Source: a bacterium
GTDB taxonomy: Bacteria; Patescibacteriota; Patescibacteriia; JAGPKW01
DNA: 64,000 nucleotides
Assembly (NCBI GenBank): GCA_021780535.1
Contig: JAJXYN010000009.1
Span: 150,538-214,537, forward strand
Direction of reading: 5' to 3'
A program made the position numbers and the translations under genes. The notes below the pieces were generated by a model. That model made no database searches. It was not told the DNA's origin and saw only the letters and a program-made list of their open reading frames with translations. This document shows positions 45,029-56,000 of this stretch, piece after piece (position 1 is the first letter of the stretch; each line of letters begins with the position of its first letter).

Positions 45029-46615
45029 ATGATTTATGTTACTGGTATGTATAACGGACGGTATTTGTATGTAGATGAAGGTATAGGAAAAATTAGGCAC
45101 CTATGCATTAGTAGTAATCAATTAAGAGAATCTGATATTAAAATATTTTTTTCTTCTTATAATTTGTCAAATTTACTAATTGAATTTGGAAAAAGATCAA
45201 TAAAAATATTTTTTTCTAATGAAAATGTAGGTGTTGTAAAAATAGAAAATATAGATGTCCATATAGGGCAATTTCAATTAATATATCTTTCTATGGTTTC
45301 TATATTATCTACAAATTGGTATAAAAAAGAAGAATTAAAATATCCAGAAAGTGCAATAAATTACTTATCATGGTTTTATGGAACATATCTCTTAGATGAT
45401 ATTGAATTGGTAAAGGAAAATTATGAAAAATATTTTTTGAAAATGTACTGTACACAAATATTAGAATCACAATTTGATTCTCATATTGAATTGAGTAGAA
45501 ATATTTTTATGTTTTTTAAATTATTACCAGAATTAATGGTTAAGTATAAAAAATTAGAAACATTTTTTAATAGAATTTTAGATTTAATGAATAATGAATT
45601 TGGAATAAAAAATATTGGCGATTATTTTGCTTTGATAAATATAGAAATAAATAAAATAAAAGAAACAGGTAGTCCTTTAATAAAATTAAATAACAGTAGT
45701 CCGTTGTATATAAATACAAAAAAAATAATAGATTTTTATTCAATAGATTATAGAAAGTTTAGGACTATACATGATAATCAAAATATAGATATTAAAGAAC
45801 ATCAAGTTAGATACTCATATAATCCTTTATGGAGATATCCAATTATAAGGAAAGATGATGAATTTGATGCTTATATTATTCCTAATATATCTATTTTATT
45901 TAAGAAAACAATTGATTTTTATTGGTCTTTTGGGTTTTTATATGAAAAATATGGATATAATATACCAAAATTTAGAGAAAAATATGGGTATATTTTTGAA
46001 GAATACGTTGGTTGTGTTTTAGAAAAAATATATGATAGCAGAACTTATGCCGGTGATTTATATGGCCCAAATAATCACCAAGAACTTTCTGATTATATAT
46101 TAGAAGAAGTTGATAAATTTTATTTTTTTGACGCTAAAGCTGATGTTTTAGATCTTAATGCAATAAAACATGGGGAAACCGAAAAGGTTTGCAATAAACT
46201 TTTTGAACATATCAGACAAAGATTTGATAGGTTGATGGATATAAAATATTTTCATGAACTAAAAAAATATAGAAGTAAAGAAATTTTTAATATAATAGTA
46301 TTAAAAGAAATACCATTTATAGAACATGCTGGGTTTTATGCAACCGAATTAAATAAAAAAATAGAATCTCTAGCTAATACAAATATTAAATATAAGGATA
46401 TAAAAAAGATGAAGTATTTTTTTATAAATATATCAGATCTAGAGCATTTTTATTTGCTTAAAGATAAATACAAAATAGAAGAAGCTATAGGAATTGTTTA
46501 TAACAATAATGGCATAGGGTTTAAAAGCCTTATAGACCCGAAAGATTATGAAAAAAATGGTTTTATCTTTGATGATGAAGTAGAAAAAATATTAAAAGGA
46601 ATTATAAAAAAGTAG
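45029..46615 (+). CDS. Hypothetical protein (528 aa)
   Basis: Long open frame in the island. No motif recognised. Confidence 0.4.
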   Translation: MIYVTGMYNGRYLYVDEGIGKIRHLCISSNQLRESDIKIFFSSYNLSNLLIEFGKRSIKIFFSNENVGVVKIENIDVHIGQFQLIYLSMVSILSTNWYKKEELKYPESAINYLSWFYGTYLLDDIELVKENYEKYFLKMYCTQILESQFDSHIELSRNIFMFFKLLPELMVKYKKLETFFNRILDLMNNEFGIKNIGDYFALINIEINKIKETGSPLIKLNNSSPLYINTKKIIDFYSIDYRKFRTIHDNQNIDIKEHQVRYSYNPLWRYPIIRKDDEFDAYIIPNISILFKKTIDFYWSFGFLYEKYGYNIPKFREKYGYIFEEYVGCVLEKIYDSRTYAGDLYGPNNHQELSDYILEEVDKFYFFDAKADVLDLNAIKHGETEKVCNKLFEHIRQRFDRLMDIKYFHELKKYRSKEIFNIIVLKEIPFIEHAGFYATELNKKIESLANTNIKYKDIKKMKYFFINISDLEHFYLLKDKYKIEEAIGIVYNNNGIGFKSLIDPKDYEKNGFIFDDEVEKILKGIIKK

Positions 46616-46722
46616 ATAAACAGTAGATAAAACACTTTACTTTAGGGCTATTATAAGCTAATATACTAATACAATTCAATTTGCCTAAACTAATGTTTAT
46701 AACATTGGCATGGCATAAAATT

Positions 46723-46850
46723 CGTTGAAAGATAAAATTGGTCTCATGACCAGTATTTTTGCTTTCAACGTCTACACCCGAAAGGATGTAGGGTTACCCT
46801 CGAAAGAGATGTAACCATAAATGCTGTGTCGTGGGGCCTTTTTGTTTCTA
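46723..46850 (+). promoter_or_regulatory. Candidate structured 5' leader RNA with two GAAA-tetraloop hairpins
   Basis: Nested helices: cgttgaaag...ctttcaacg enclosing tggtc-tcat-gacca, then ctacaccc-GAAA-ggatgtag and ggttac-cctc-GAAA-gagat-gtaacc. GC is elevated. It sits about 50 nt upstream of the 46896 gene. Confidence 0.3.
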
Positions 46851-46895
46851 TAACACATCAAAAAACGTTGAAAGCTAACTAATAACTAACTTAAA

Positions 46896-47393
46896 ATGGA
46901 ACAACAAACTCCAAAAACCAAGATTTGCTATAAATGCAAAGAAGAAATAAATTATGGCGCTACTAAGTGTCCCAAGTGTCAAAGTGACTTAAGATCTTGG
47001 TTTGCAAAACATAAGATAATAACAATAATATTAGGATTTATTCTTTTTGTTTCTATTATAACTGCAATAAGTAATGAAACTTCTAATACAAATCAAATGA
47101 ATTCAAGTAATAGTTCAACTCAAGATATAGATAAAAAGTTTAATTATAAAGCAAGAGCTTGTGCTAAGAATTATATAAAAACAAAATTAAATTCTAATAA
47201 TGATCCAAAATTTCCTGGTTCATATGGCATTGCTCAATATCTAGGAAATATGACTTTTAAAGTTGATTCTTCTGTTGATGTAAAGAATGCTTTTGGAGTT
47301 TATATAACAAGCAATTATAGCTGTAATGTTATTGTTGGAGATAAGGAAAATGATTTCTTTGACTGTGTTTCAGAATGCAAAACTCTAGATTAA
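46896..47393 (+). CDS. Zinc-ribbon / single-TM protein with extracytoplasmic domain
   Basis: N-terminal CYKC...CPKC zinc ribbon, one TM helix (IITIILGFILFVSIITAI), and a C-terminal domain with 4 Cys. Confidence 0.45.
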   Translation: MEQQTPKTKICYKCKEEINYGATKCPKCQSDLRSWFAKHKIITIILGFILFVSIITAISNETSNTNQMNSSNSSTQDIDKKFNYKARACAKNYIKTKLNSNNDPKFPGSYGIAQYLGNMTFKVDSSVDVKNAFGVYITSNYSCNVIVGDKENDFFDCVSECKTLD

Positions 47394-47405
47394 TTTCTAG
47401 AGTTT

Positions 47406-48830
47406 TTATATTACTCTTATTTTCAATTTATCTTTCTTAATTCCATGTATTATTCCCATAGAAAAAGCATCAACCAAATCATCATGATTTTTCTCTATAC
47501 CAAAATTTAATAATTGTTTTATTAATTCTTCAACTCCTTCGTTTGGAAAGAATATTAAACCTCTTTGAACATATATTGAAGCCATGTTTAATCTTGTAGT
47601 TTTATCTTTTCCATTTGGATTAAACTCTTCTGAAGAATATCCATCTTTTGAAAGCATTTGTATTAATGAAGCTTGATAGCCAATGGATTCTATTAATATT
47701 TTAGTTCTACCAGTTTCTATTAAATTATCATAAATATTCTTTGCATATTCTATAACTCTTGGTGATTGTAGTCTTTTATTTACAACATTAGGAAGAATAT
47801 ATAATTCATTTTGTTCTGTTTTAATGTTCTTATATATTGCAAAAGAAACCATTGCTGTATAGTCTGCTTTTTCATGTTCCTTAAGGGCTGGGTCTATAGA
47901 TATTATATTCATAATGAATTTATAGTCAGGATTATTACTTGGCAATTCTTTATAGTATTTAATCCAATCTTTTTTAAATATTTGGTAATCATCTGGTAAT
48001 ATCGTAAGCATATATTCTCTTTGAAAAGATATTTCATTACCAATACTTTTTCTTAAGTCTTCAACTTCTTCTTGTGATGAAAACTTCTCTTTCCATAATA
48101 TTTCTTCATCTTTAACCAATGGATATTCTTTATATATCCCATTAATCTCTTTATTTCTTATTTTATTTTTCATTCTCATAATAAGAGAGTCTTCATGAAG
48201 TAAATTACCAACTAATATTATTTTAGTATCTTTATCTCCAAGAGGTACTATTTCAGATGTAAACCAAGTTTCAAGCTTGTTTCTGCTTTCAATACTCCTT
48301 ACACTTTCTAAATCTTCTATATCATCACAGATAATTAAATCTGGTCTCGTTTCTTTATATCTAATACCTCTAATACTTGTTTCAAAAGATGCACATTTTA
48401 TTGTTGCATCTATTTTTTTAAAATGAATTGATTTCTGATTTATTACTATATTTCTATCAATTAAATTAAAATCATTTCTTAATAATTCATTATTCTCAAT
48501 TTCTGATATTATGTTTTGAAAATGTATTTTAGCTTGATCTTGAGTTTTAGAAATTATCAAAACAAACTTCTTTTTATTCTTTCCAAGCACAGACCATAAA
48601 GCATAAGATAATGTTATTATTGTACTCTTAGCTGATCCACGGAAAGCTGTTAGCACAGAAAACTTATTCTTATCATTATTTATCACTTCAAATATTTCTT
48701 GTTGAAATTCTGCTAGTTTATATTTAACATAATTTCTTAAGTATATGAAAAAGAAATACATATTATCTTCGTATGCAATATTTTTTCTTAGTATCTTATT
48801 TTCAATTATTTCATTCAACAATTTGTTCAT
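47406..48830 (-). CDS. Phage terminase large subunit (TerL)-like ATPase/nuclease
   Basis: Walker A-like FRGSAKST and Walker B LIICDD in the N-terminal half. C-terminal nuclease motifs IISIDPALKE...ADYTAMV and HDDLVDAFSMG. Confidence 0.7.
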   Translation of the reverse strand: MNKLLNEIIENKILRKNIAYEDNMYFFFIYLRNYVKYKLAEFQQEIFEVINNDKNKFSVLTAFRGSAKSTIITLSYALWSVLGKNKKKFVLIISKTQDQAKIHFQNIISEIENNELLRNDFNLIDRNIVINQKSIHFKKIDATIKCASFETSIRGIRYKETRPDLIICDDIEDLESVRSIESRNKLETWFTSEIVPLGDKDTKIILVGNLLHEDSLIMRMKNKIRNKEINGIYKEYPLVKDEEILWKEKFSSQEEVEDLRKSIGNEISFQREYMLTILPDDYQIFKKDWIKYYKELPSNNPDYKFIMNIISIDPALKEHEKADYTAMVSFAIYKNIKTEQNELYILPNVVNKRLQSPRVIEYAKNIYDNLIETGRTKILIESIGYQASLIQMLSKDGYSSEEFNPNGKDKTTRLNMASIYVQRGLIFFPNEGVEELIKQLLNFGIEKNHDDLVDAFSMGIIHGIKKDKLKIRVI

Positions 48831-49218
48831 CTTCTTTTTTATATAATGGTGATTTTTGAAGTGCTGAAATGATTCTCATCTTGTCGTCATTAGAAAGTTT
48901 TGATTCTATTACAGCATCAATAAGTTTTGATTTATTTCTATATCTATCATGATTATGAGTTAACCAAAATTTAACGGATTCTATTTTTCCATCTTTAACA
49001 TTCTTAATTAATGCATTTTCAGCAACATCATTTATAGTTTCTATTCCTACATGTATTTTTTCATCGACCTTTGTTTTAAATTTTGGATCTTTTTTAAACC
49101 ATTCATAAATGGTAGATCTTGGAATATTTAATTTAACACAAACACTCTGCACTATAGGATATTCTTCTATAAGCTCTAAAAACTTTTTCTTAAGTTGTGT
49201 CTGTATTTTTCTATCCAT
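48811..49218 (-). CDS. Small HTH protein, terminase small subunit-like
   Basis: 135 aa with the HTH VCVKLNIPRSTIYEWFKK. It lies immediately upstream of, and overlaps, the TerL-like gene. Confidence 0.5.
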   Translation of the reverse strand: MDRKIQTQLKKKFLELIEEYPIVQSVCVKLNIPRSTIYEWFKKDPKFKTKVDEKIHVGIETINDVAENALIKNVKDGKIESVKFWLTHNHDRYRNKSKLIDAVIESKLSNDDKMRIISALQKSPLYKKEDEQIVE

Positions 49219-49954
49219 TTTTTATTAAAACAGCATCAATGCCTGTTAATTTTTTATATCTTTTTATAATTGTATCTACATGTTTTTCTTCTATTTCTAT
49301 TGCGTAACATTTTCTTCCTGTATGTTCTGAAGCTATTATTAAACTTCCACTTCCTGCAAAACCGTCAAAAACAATATCATTAATATTTGTGTTATTAAGA
49401 ATTAATCTTCTAAGTAATGAGATTGGTTTCATTGTGGAATGTAATTTACTTTTCTGAGGTCTAGGACAAAATATTATACTTTTATCTTTTGATTTAACAA
49501 ACTTATGTTTCTTATACCATCCATAAGCCATAAGCTCATGCTGAGGTAAATAGTCTAGTCTACCAATTACAGCAGAGTTTTTAATCCATATTAAAAGTTG
49601 TGAGAATTTTATATTACATTTATCCATTGCTTTCTTAAGTGAGAATATCATTTTATCTGTATTAAAAATGTATATTGAATTTTTCTCATTCAAATATGGT
49701 TTTATATTTTCCATCCAATCAATCATGAATTTTTCATAATCATCTTCATTACTTATATTGTCATTTTGGATTTCAATATCACAAGATAATTTTGCAAATC
49801 CTTTCTTATTTTCTACATATGAAATTCCGTAAGGCACGTCTGAAATGATTGAGTCTATCTTACTTTCACCAATTAAATCTTTTAGTAATTTTTCATCACG
49901 ACAGTCACCCATAGCAAGTTTATGTTCTCCAAGTTGATATATTTTATAGCTCAT
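49211..49954 (-). CDS. Beta-class (N6A/N4C) DNA methyltransferase
   Basis: IISDVPYG (DPPY-type motif IV) precedes IVFDGFAGSGS (motif I FxGxG), a permuted order typical of the beta class. Confidence 0.7.
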   Translation of the reverse strand: MSYKIYQLGEHKLAMGDCRDEKLLKDLIGESKIDSIISDVPYGISYVENKKGFAKLSCDIEIQNDNISNEDDYEKFMIDWMENIKPYLNEKNSIYIFNTDKMIFSLKKAMDKCNIKFSQLLIWIKNSAVIGRLDYLPQHELMAYGWYKKHKFVKSKDKSIIFCPRPQKSKLHSTMKPISLLRRLILNNTNINDIVFDGFAGSGSLIIASEHTGRKCYAIEIEEKHVDTIIKRYKKLTGIDAVLIKNG

Positions 49955-49963
49955 ATTGTTTTA

Positions 49964-51241
49964 TTATTTATTTAGTTTAATAGCTTTCTTACCAGTAAGT
50001 TCTTCAAATCTATCTAAAATCACCTGACAAAATATTGGATCTTTTTCTATTCCAATAAACTTTCTTTTAAGTCCCAAGCAAGCAACAGCAAGAGAACCAG
50101 ATCCGGTACAAGCATCAAAAATTAAGTCATTTATTTTAGAACACCTTCTAAGTGATTTCTCATAAAGCGTAACTGGCTTTTGAGTTGGATGAAGATATTT
50201 TATCCCAGCAATTCTTGGCACTAACCATATATCAAGCAAATCCAAAATATCATCTGATAATCTATTTCCAGAAGATATTTCTTTATTCATGATTTCGTTT
50301 AGATTTTTTATGCTTTCATTAAGATATGGTTTACCAATAGTTCCGTATACACAAGGTTCATAACATTTATTCATTGCAACTTTTGGAGTTGGATTTGCAG
50401 AGTTCTTTATCCATATTGCAGTTCTTTTTGTAGATATATTTAATTCTCTATAAACCTCTTGGATTAGTCCTGTATAATTTTGATCACAAAATGAAAAGAA
50501 ATGGGAATCTTTTTTTGTGTAATTCTTTGAATTTTCTATTATAGTCTTTACAAATTTTTTATAATTATTATAACTCTTATTATCATCAACATTGCCACCA
50601 TACTTATTATTTTTACCAAGTCCTTTGCTATAGTCATATTTAATATTGTAAGGAAAATCTGTAAAGAAAATATCAATCTTTTCTTCATTAAAGATTTTCT
50701 TATATGTATCAATTTCAAGAGAATCACCACATATTATTTTTATATTTTCAGCAAGCAAAAAAACATCACCAGTTTTTATATCTGTTGTTTTTACTTTTTC
50801 TAAATGTTTTGTAACATCAAACTCGTCTTCTTCTAATTCTAAAACATCATCAAAGACACTTGATAAATCTGTATCACTAAAACCAATATTTAATAATAAG
50901 TCAGAATCATAATCTTTAAGAAGATTAAAATCCCAATCTCCGTTATTTATATTTAATCTTAAATTTAATTCCTTTTCTTTTTCTAAATTTAAGTTAAGAA
51001 ATATTACAGGAATCTTTTTATATCCAAGTTCTTTTAAAGCTTCAAATCTTTGATTGCCACCGATTATAATATTCAATCTATCAGTATTTGAATTTACTAA
51101 TAGAGGCTGGACAATATCAAACTTAGTTATGCTTTCTTTTAATTGTTCGAAAGCAATGGGGGTGATGTACCTTGGATTGTACTCACAAGTTTTTAAAGAA
51201 GTTATATCAACTTCTACGATGTTTAAATTTTCTTTTTTCAT
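49964..51241 (-). CDS. ParB-N domain fused to beta-class DNA methyltransferase
   Basis: N-terminal ParB/Srx fold (NPRYITP...GGNQRFEALKELG), then FTDFPYNIKYD and IFDACTGSGS methyltransferase motifs. This architecture is common for phage and plasmid orphan methyltransferases. Confidence 0.7.
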   Translation of the reverse strand: MKKENLNIVEVDITSLKTCEYNPRYITPIAFEQLKESITKFDIVQPLLVNSNTDRLNIIIGGNQRFEALKELGYKKIPVIFLNLNLEKEKELNLRLNINNGDWDFNLLKDYDSDLLLNIGFSDTDLSSVFDDVLELEEDEFDVTKHLEKVKTTDIKTGDVFLLAENIKIICGDSLEIDTYKKIFNEEKIDIFFTDFPYNIKYDYSKGLGKNNKYGGNVDDNKSYNNYKKFVKTIIENSKNYTKKDSHFFSFCDQNYTGLIQEVYRELNISTKRTAIWIKNSANPTPKVAMNKCYEPCVYGTIGKPYLNESIKNLNEIMNKEISSGNRLSDDILDLLDIWLVPRIAGIKYLHPTQKPVTLYEKSLRRCSKINDLIFDACTGSGSLAVACLGLKRKFIGIEKDPIFCQVILDRFEELTGKKAIKLNK

Positions 51242-51408
51242 GTTAATTAATTATTTTTTAGGTAACAAAAAATACACGGCAAAACAATATAACTTTAAAG
51301 GCAAAGTCATATTATTATGTCGTGTAGTTTTTACTTACATTACAATACTAATAAAAAAATAAAATATTAGCAATATGTAGACTGTGGAAAACTTTGCTAA
51401 AATAGGCC

Positions 51409-51432
51409 AAAAGTTTACATATGTAAACTTTT
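51409..51432. promoter_or_regulatory. Perfect 24-bp palindrome in the divergent int / methyltransferase regulatory region (candidate operator)
   Basis: aaaagtttacatatgtaaactttt lies in the 412-bp gap between the divergently oriented ParB-methyltransferase and integrase genes. Confidence 0.4.
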
Positions 51433-51653
51433 AAAATAAAGTAATGCCACATTGGCTTTTCAGTTCTTTTGTTGCATTTAAAAAGCGTCTATTTTTTTAA
51501 TATTTTTTTGTAAATCAACATTTAAGATTTAAAAATTCATTATTTCTTCATTTTAGGCCAGTATAATTGAATAATTCACCTAAAGGTGTATAGTTTTATT
51601 ATAAGTAAAATTTATATTTAGCTTGTCATATAAAATCACTAACCTTATTTTAT

Positions 51654-52586
51654 ATGCAAAATTTATTAGTATTTCATAATGACTTTATAAGAGAAAAAAG
51701 ATTGGCAAAGAAGTCTGAAGCTACTATCACTTCCTATAAAGAAAGTTTCAAATTGTTCTATAATTTTCTTAAATATAAAAAATTGGAAGAAATCAACAAG
51801 TCAAAAGTTGTAGAATTTCTTGAATATTTAAACACACGAAAAAGAATTATTGGTAGAGGCTATGAAGTAACCGGTGTTTCTGCAAATACAATTATTACTT
51901 ATAAAAATAGGTTGTCTCCATTCTTTGTTTGGCTAAAACAAAATCGTTATATTAAGATAAACCCGTTTGATAATATTGAACTACCAAGAATAGAAAAAGA
52001 TAGAAGAGAAAAGATTTTACATAAAGAACAAGTACAAAGAATATTTAATGCTATAAGCTATAACATCAAATGGAGGGATAATTTTTTAAAGAAAAGAAAT
52101 GAAACCATATTTTCGGTTTTATTTTATACAGGATTAAGAAAGGGTGAACTTCTTGGGTTAAAAGTTTCTGACATTGATTTGAATAATAAGATTATAAATA
52201 TTAACGCTTCAACTAGTAAATCAAGAAGAACTAGAAGAATATCAATGAATGATAATCTTTATTTAATACTAGAAGATTATTTAAATAGCAGGAAGAAATA
52301 CAATAATCCATATCTATTTATATCTAGTAAGGATAAAGTTTTAACTAAAAATGGATTGAAACATTTAGTTAATAAAATAGAAAATGTCATTAAATTCAAA
52401 TTTTATTTACATCAATTTAGACATACCTTTGCCGTAAATACTTTGAATAATATTGGTGATGTTTATACCGTTCAAAGTCTGTTAGGACATCAAAAAATAA
52501 CAACAACTGCAATTTATTTATCCTACATTCCTGAAGAGAAAAAAAGGATTGCAGTTAATTCTTTAAACCTTGATGATTTAGTTTAG
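51654..52586 (+). CDS. Tyrosine recombinase/integrase
   Basis: N-terminal SAM-like core-binding domain. C-terminal catalytic box HQFRHTFAVNTL...LLGHQKITTTAIYL (R...H-x-x-R...H...Y). Confidence 0.8.
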   Translation: MQNLLVFHNDFIREKRLAKKSEATITSYKESFKLFYNFLKYKKLEEINKSKVVEFLEYLNTRKRIIGRGYEVTGVSANTIITYKNRLSPFFVWLKQNRYIKINPFDNIELPRIEKDRREKILHKEQVQRIFNAISYNIKWRDNFLKKRNETIFSVLFYTGLRKGELLGLKVSDIDLNNKIININASTSKSRRTRRISMNDNLYLILEDYLNSRKKYNNPYLFISSKDKVLTKNGLKHLVNKIENVIKFKFYLHQFRHTFAVNTLNNIGDVYTVQSLLGHQKITTTAIYLSYIPEEKKRIAVNSLNLDDLV

Positions 52587-52602
52587 TTAATAATAAAAAA
52601 AT

Positions 52603-53043
52603 ATGAAAAATAAAATTTTAGTTACAATAATATCTATAATTATATTTATAACATTTGCTTTGTTATATATTTACAATAAGGAGCATATTTTAAAAATAAT
52701 CATAATAATTATATTCTCTTTTACTATATTATTTTTATATTTAAAATTATATTATATAGAAATTAATAGAATTAATAATAATTATAATTTCAGCAAAGAA
52801 GAGCTGGAAAGAAAGTATATTAAAAAGATTGATGATACAAAAAAAGATTTAGAATTAAGAGGAATGACTTTTAGTGGTGAAGCTGTTATTAAATTAGGCA
52901 AAGAAAGCGCATACTCAGATATTAGTGATGATGGAGAGATTTTAAAAGAGAAATTTTTTTATCTACAAAAATTAGAAAAAGATTACAATATTGATTTAAA
53001 AAAAGCCACTTACACCGCTTTATTAAATATATTTAAAAAATAA
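52603..53043 (+). CDS. Small two-TM membrane protein with cytoplasmic tail
   Basis: Two N-terminal TM helices. Begins 17 nt after the integrase and ends 11 nt before the large NTPase gene. Confidence 0.45.
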   Translation: MKNKILVTIISIIIFITFALLYIYNKEHILKIIIIIIFSFTILFLYLKLYYIEINRINNNYNFSKEELERKYIKKIDDTKKDLELRGMTFSGEAVIKLGKESAYSDISDDGEILKEKFFYLQKLEKDYNIDLKKATYTALLNIFKK

Positions 53044-53053
53044 CCTGAAAAAA

Positions 53054-56000
53054 ATGAAACTAATAGAATGGTCAAAAATAGATAATGACAAAACATTTCA
53101 AAAATTAGTAAATGATGTTTTTTCTCTAGAAATAAATCATCCAGGTTTTATATTTAGTAATCCTTATATAGGAAAAGATGGCGGATGGGATGGTATGTAT
53201 AAGGGCAAATATATGGAAATAGATGGCACATGGTCATTTCAATCAAAATATACTAAAAATAATGGCATCGAAGCTTGTAGATCTTTAAAGTCACAAATAA
53301 TAAAAGAATTAGAGAAATCTAAAACCAATAAGGTTGATAATTTAATATTATTAACAAATGCTGATTTAACTGTAGATCAAGTAAATGAATTAATATTATT
53401 AAATACTGGGTATGTAAAAAATTTTTTCATTTGGCCAAAAGAAAATCTTGATAGTAAAATTAAAGATTATCCTTGGATAAGACATAGATATTTTAATGAT
53501 GTACAACAACCAGCATTTGCCCCTTTTATAAATATAGATAACGATGATTATAATCATGTTGAAATAGAAACAAAAAGAGAACAAGAAGAAAAAATGTTTA
53601 GTGACTTTTTATTAGATGACAAAAAAATTCTTATAATTCATGCTAGTGGCGGATGTGGTAAAACATACTTCATAAATCAAATATTTAAAAAATACTCTAA
53701 TAATACTAATGAATATAATTTTTTATATTATATTCCAGGAATAAGAGATGTTGACGATGCTCTGAATGATGAATTAGATATAAGTAAAAATGTTATAATA
53801 TTTTTAGATGATTCCGAAAGATACATTGAAGATGTTACAAAAAAATTATTATCAAGGGTTAATTCATATTCTCCTGGAAAAATAAAAATAGTTCTAATAA
53901 CTAGGACATCTGGAAAATCTATAATAATTGATATTATAAATTCTTTAGGAATAGCAATTGATAAATATGAAGAAATAGAACTTCAGAAACTACCAAACGA
54001 TAGTTTAATTAAAATTTTGAATTTTTTTGCAAAAAAAAATGTTTCTAATTCCGAAGAAATCTTAAATGAAGTATCTAGTAATTTATTTTTATTAATATCT
54101 ATAGGTAAATTAATTTCAAAAAATAAAGGTAAAGTAAATGTTAAATCAATAAAAAATAAGATAAAGTATGATTTAGAAAAAGATGTTTGCGACTCATTAA
54201 AAATTTTTTCTTTAAGTGACCAAAAAATTAAAGAATTACTTTTTGAACTCGCTATACTTATACCATTTAACGATGATAATTTAGATATATTGGAAAAAAT
54301 ATCAAATAAATTATCTTTAAACCAGAGTGATATTAAAAAATATATACAAAAACTAAAAACAGATAAAATTCTTATTAACATAGGCTACTCTATAAGATTT
54401 TATTCTGATATGGTTGGGGATGTATACTTATCTGTAATTTTTGATTCTGACGATGGAACATTAATAAAAAATATTCTGAATAGTTGGTTTGAGGTATTTC
54501 CTGAAAAAATAATATCGAATATATCCTCTGCAGTGAAGCATTCAGATGGTGATTTCAATAAAGATCCAATAAGAAATACAATAAAAGAGATATCAATAAA
54601 TTCAACAAAATTAGACGATTTTAATAAAATAAATAAACTTAAGACATTCTCTCAAATAGCTTATATAATTCCAGATGAAATAATAGATTTAATTTATTGC
54701 TTTCTTCAAACGTCTGAAAAAATCACAACTGATGATTGTGGTCCAATTATAATTAATTTATTATATTTGCAAGAAGAATCTATTAGAAAAAAACTTATTG
54801 AATTAATTTTATTTGTATCCGATAAAAACATAGAGGGAAAATATCAGAATTATAAAATAGAAACTTTAGCAAAACGTTTTGTTTCACCTATTTATAATAC
54901 ATTAGAATGTGCAACTTCATCATTGAATTTAGTATCAAACATTTCAAAGAAACAAAACTTAACCAACTCGGAGATAAAAATTATAAAATATTCATTAGAA
55001 GAATCTTTATCATCTTCGCATGATTATGAAGAAAGTTATGGCATAAAAATGACCTTTTCTAAAAAAATTCTAAATTATAAAAATGAGGTTAAAGAAAAGA
55101 TTGACATATATAGAGATTTAGCCATGAATACATTACATGAATGTTTAAAAAATAATGATGATGATATAAAAAATGAGTTCATTGATTTAATTTCTGATAT
55201 CGGAAATGGAGAAACGTCAAAAAATTATAGCATATGGGATAGAATAATATTAGACAAAGAAAAAACAATTGATTTTATAGAGGAAATTTTAAAAACCCCC
55301 ACAAATAATAAAATAATTGCATCATTAGAAGATATATTAATAAGAGAATGGTCTAATAATAATATTTATAAAGATGGTACTAATAACAAAATATCAAAAA
55401 TATTAATAAATTTTCCAAGAAACCCAGAATATATTATTTTCAAAAATTTTATATCTAAAGATATAATAATTTATGATTTTAAAAACATAGAAGAAATAGC
55501 GCCAGACAAGGATAGATGGTCGTGGATTATTGATAACTATTTTAGAAATGAGGATATAAAAATGGATGAATTTGAAAAAACTGTGGAGGAGATATCTAAA
55601 AAATACAACAAGAAAGAGGATATAATAAGTTATTTAATTTCTTTATATAAAGATGTTAAAGACAATCTAACGTGGCAATATATACCATTGATAGAAACTT
55701 GGTCAAAATATAATAAATCTGTTTTTATAGAAATAATAAACGATGAAACTTTATTAAATAAATTACCTATCATATTTAATTTGGGTATATATATAGTAGC
55801 CGCTGATGACGATGAAAAATATATCACATCATTAGCAAATAAAATTTTAAATGATGATATTAAAAATATAAATATTCAATATTTATACAATTTATTAAAT
55901 TTAATAGATAGACATAAAATTAGTAATAAAATTTTTATCCCATGGATTTTAGAGATTATAAAAAACTCAAATCTATCAGCTCAGAGTGGAATATTACATA

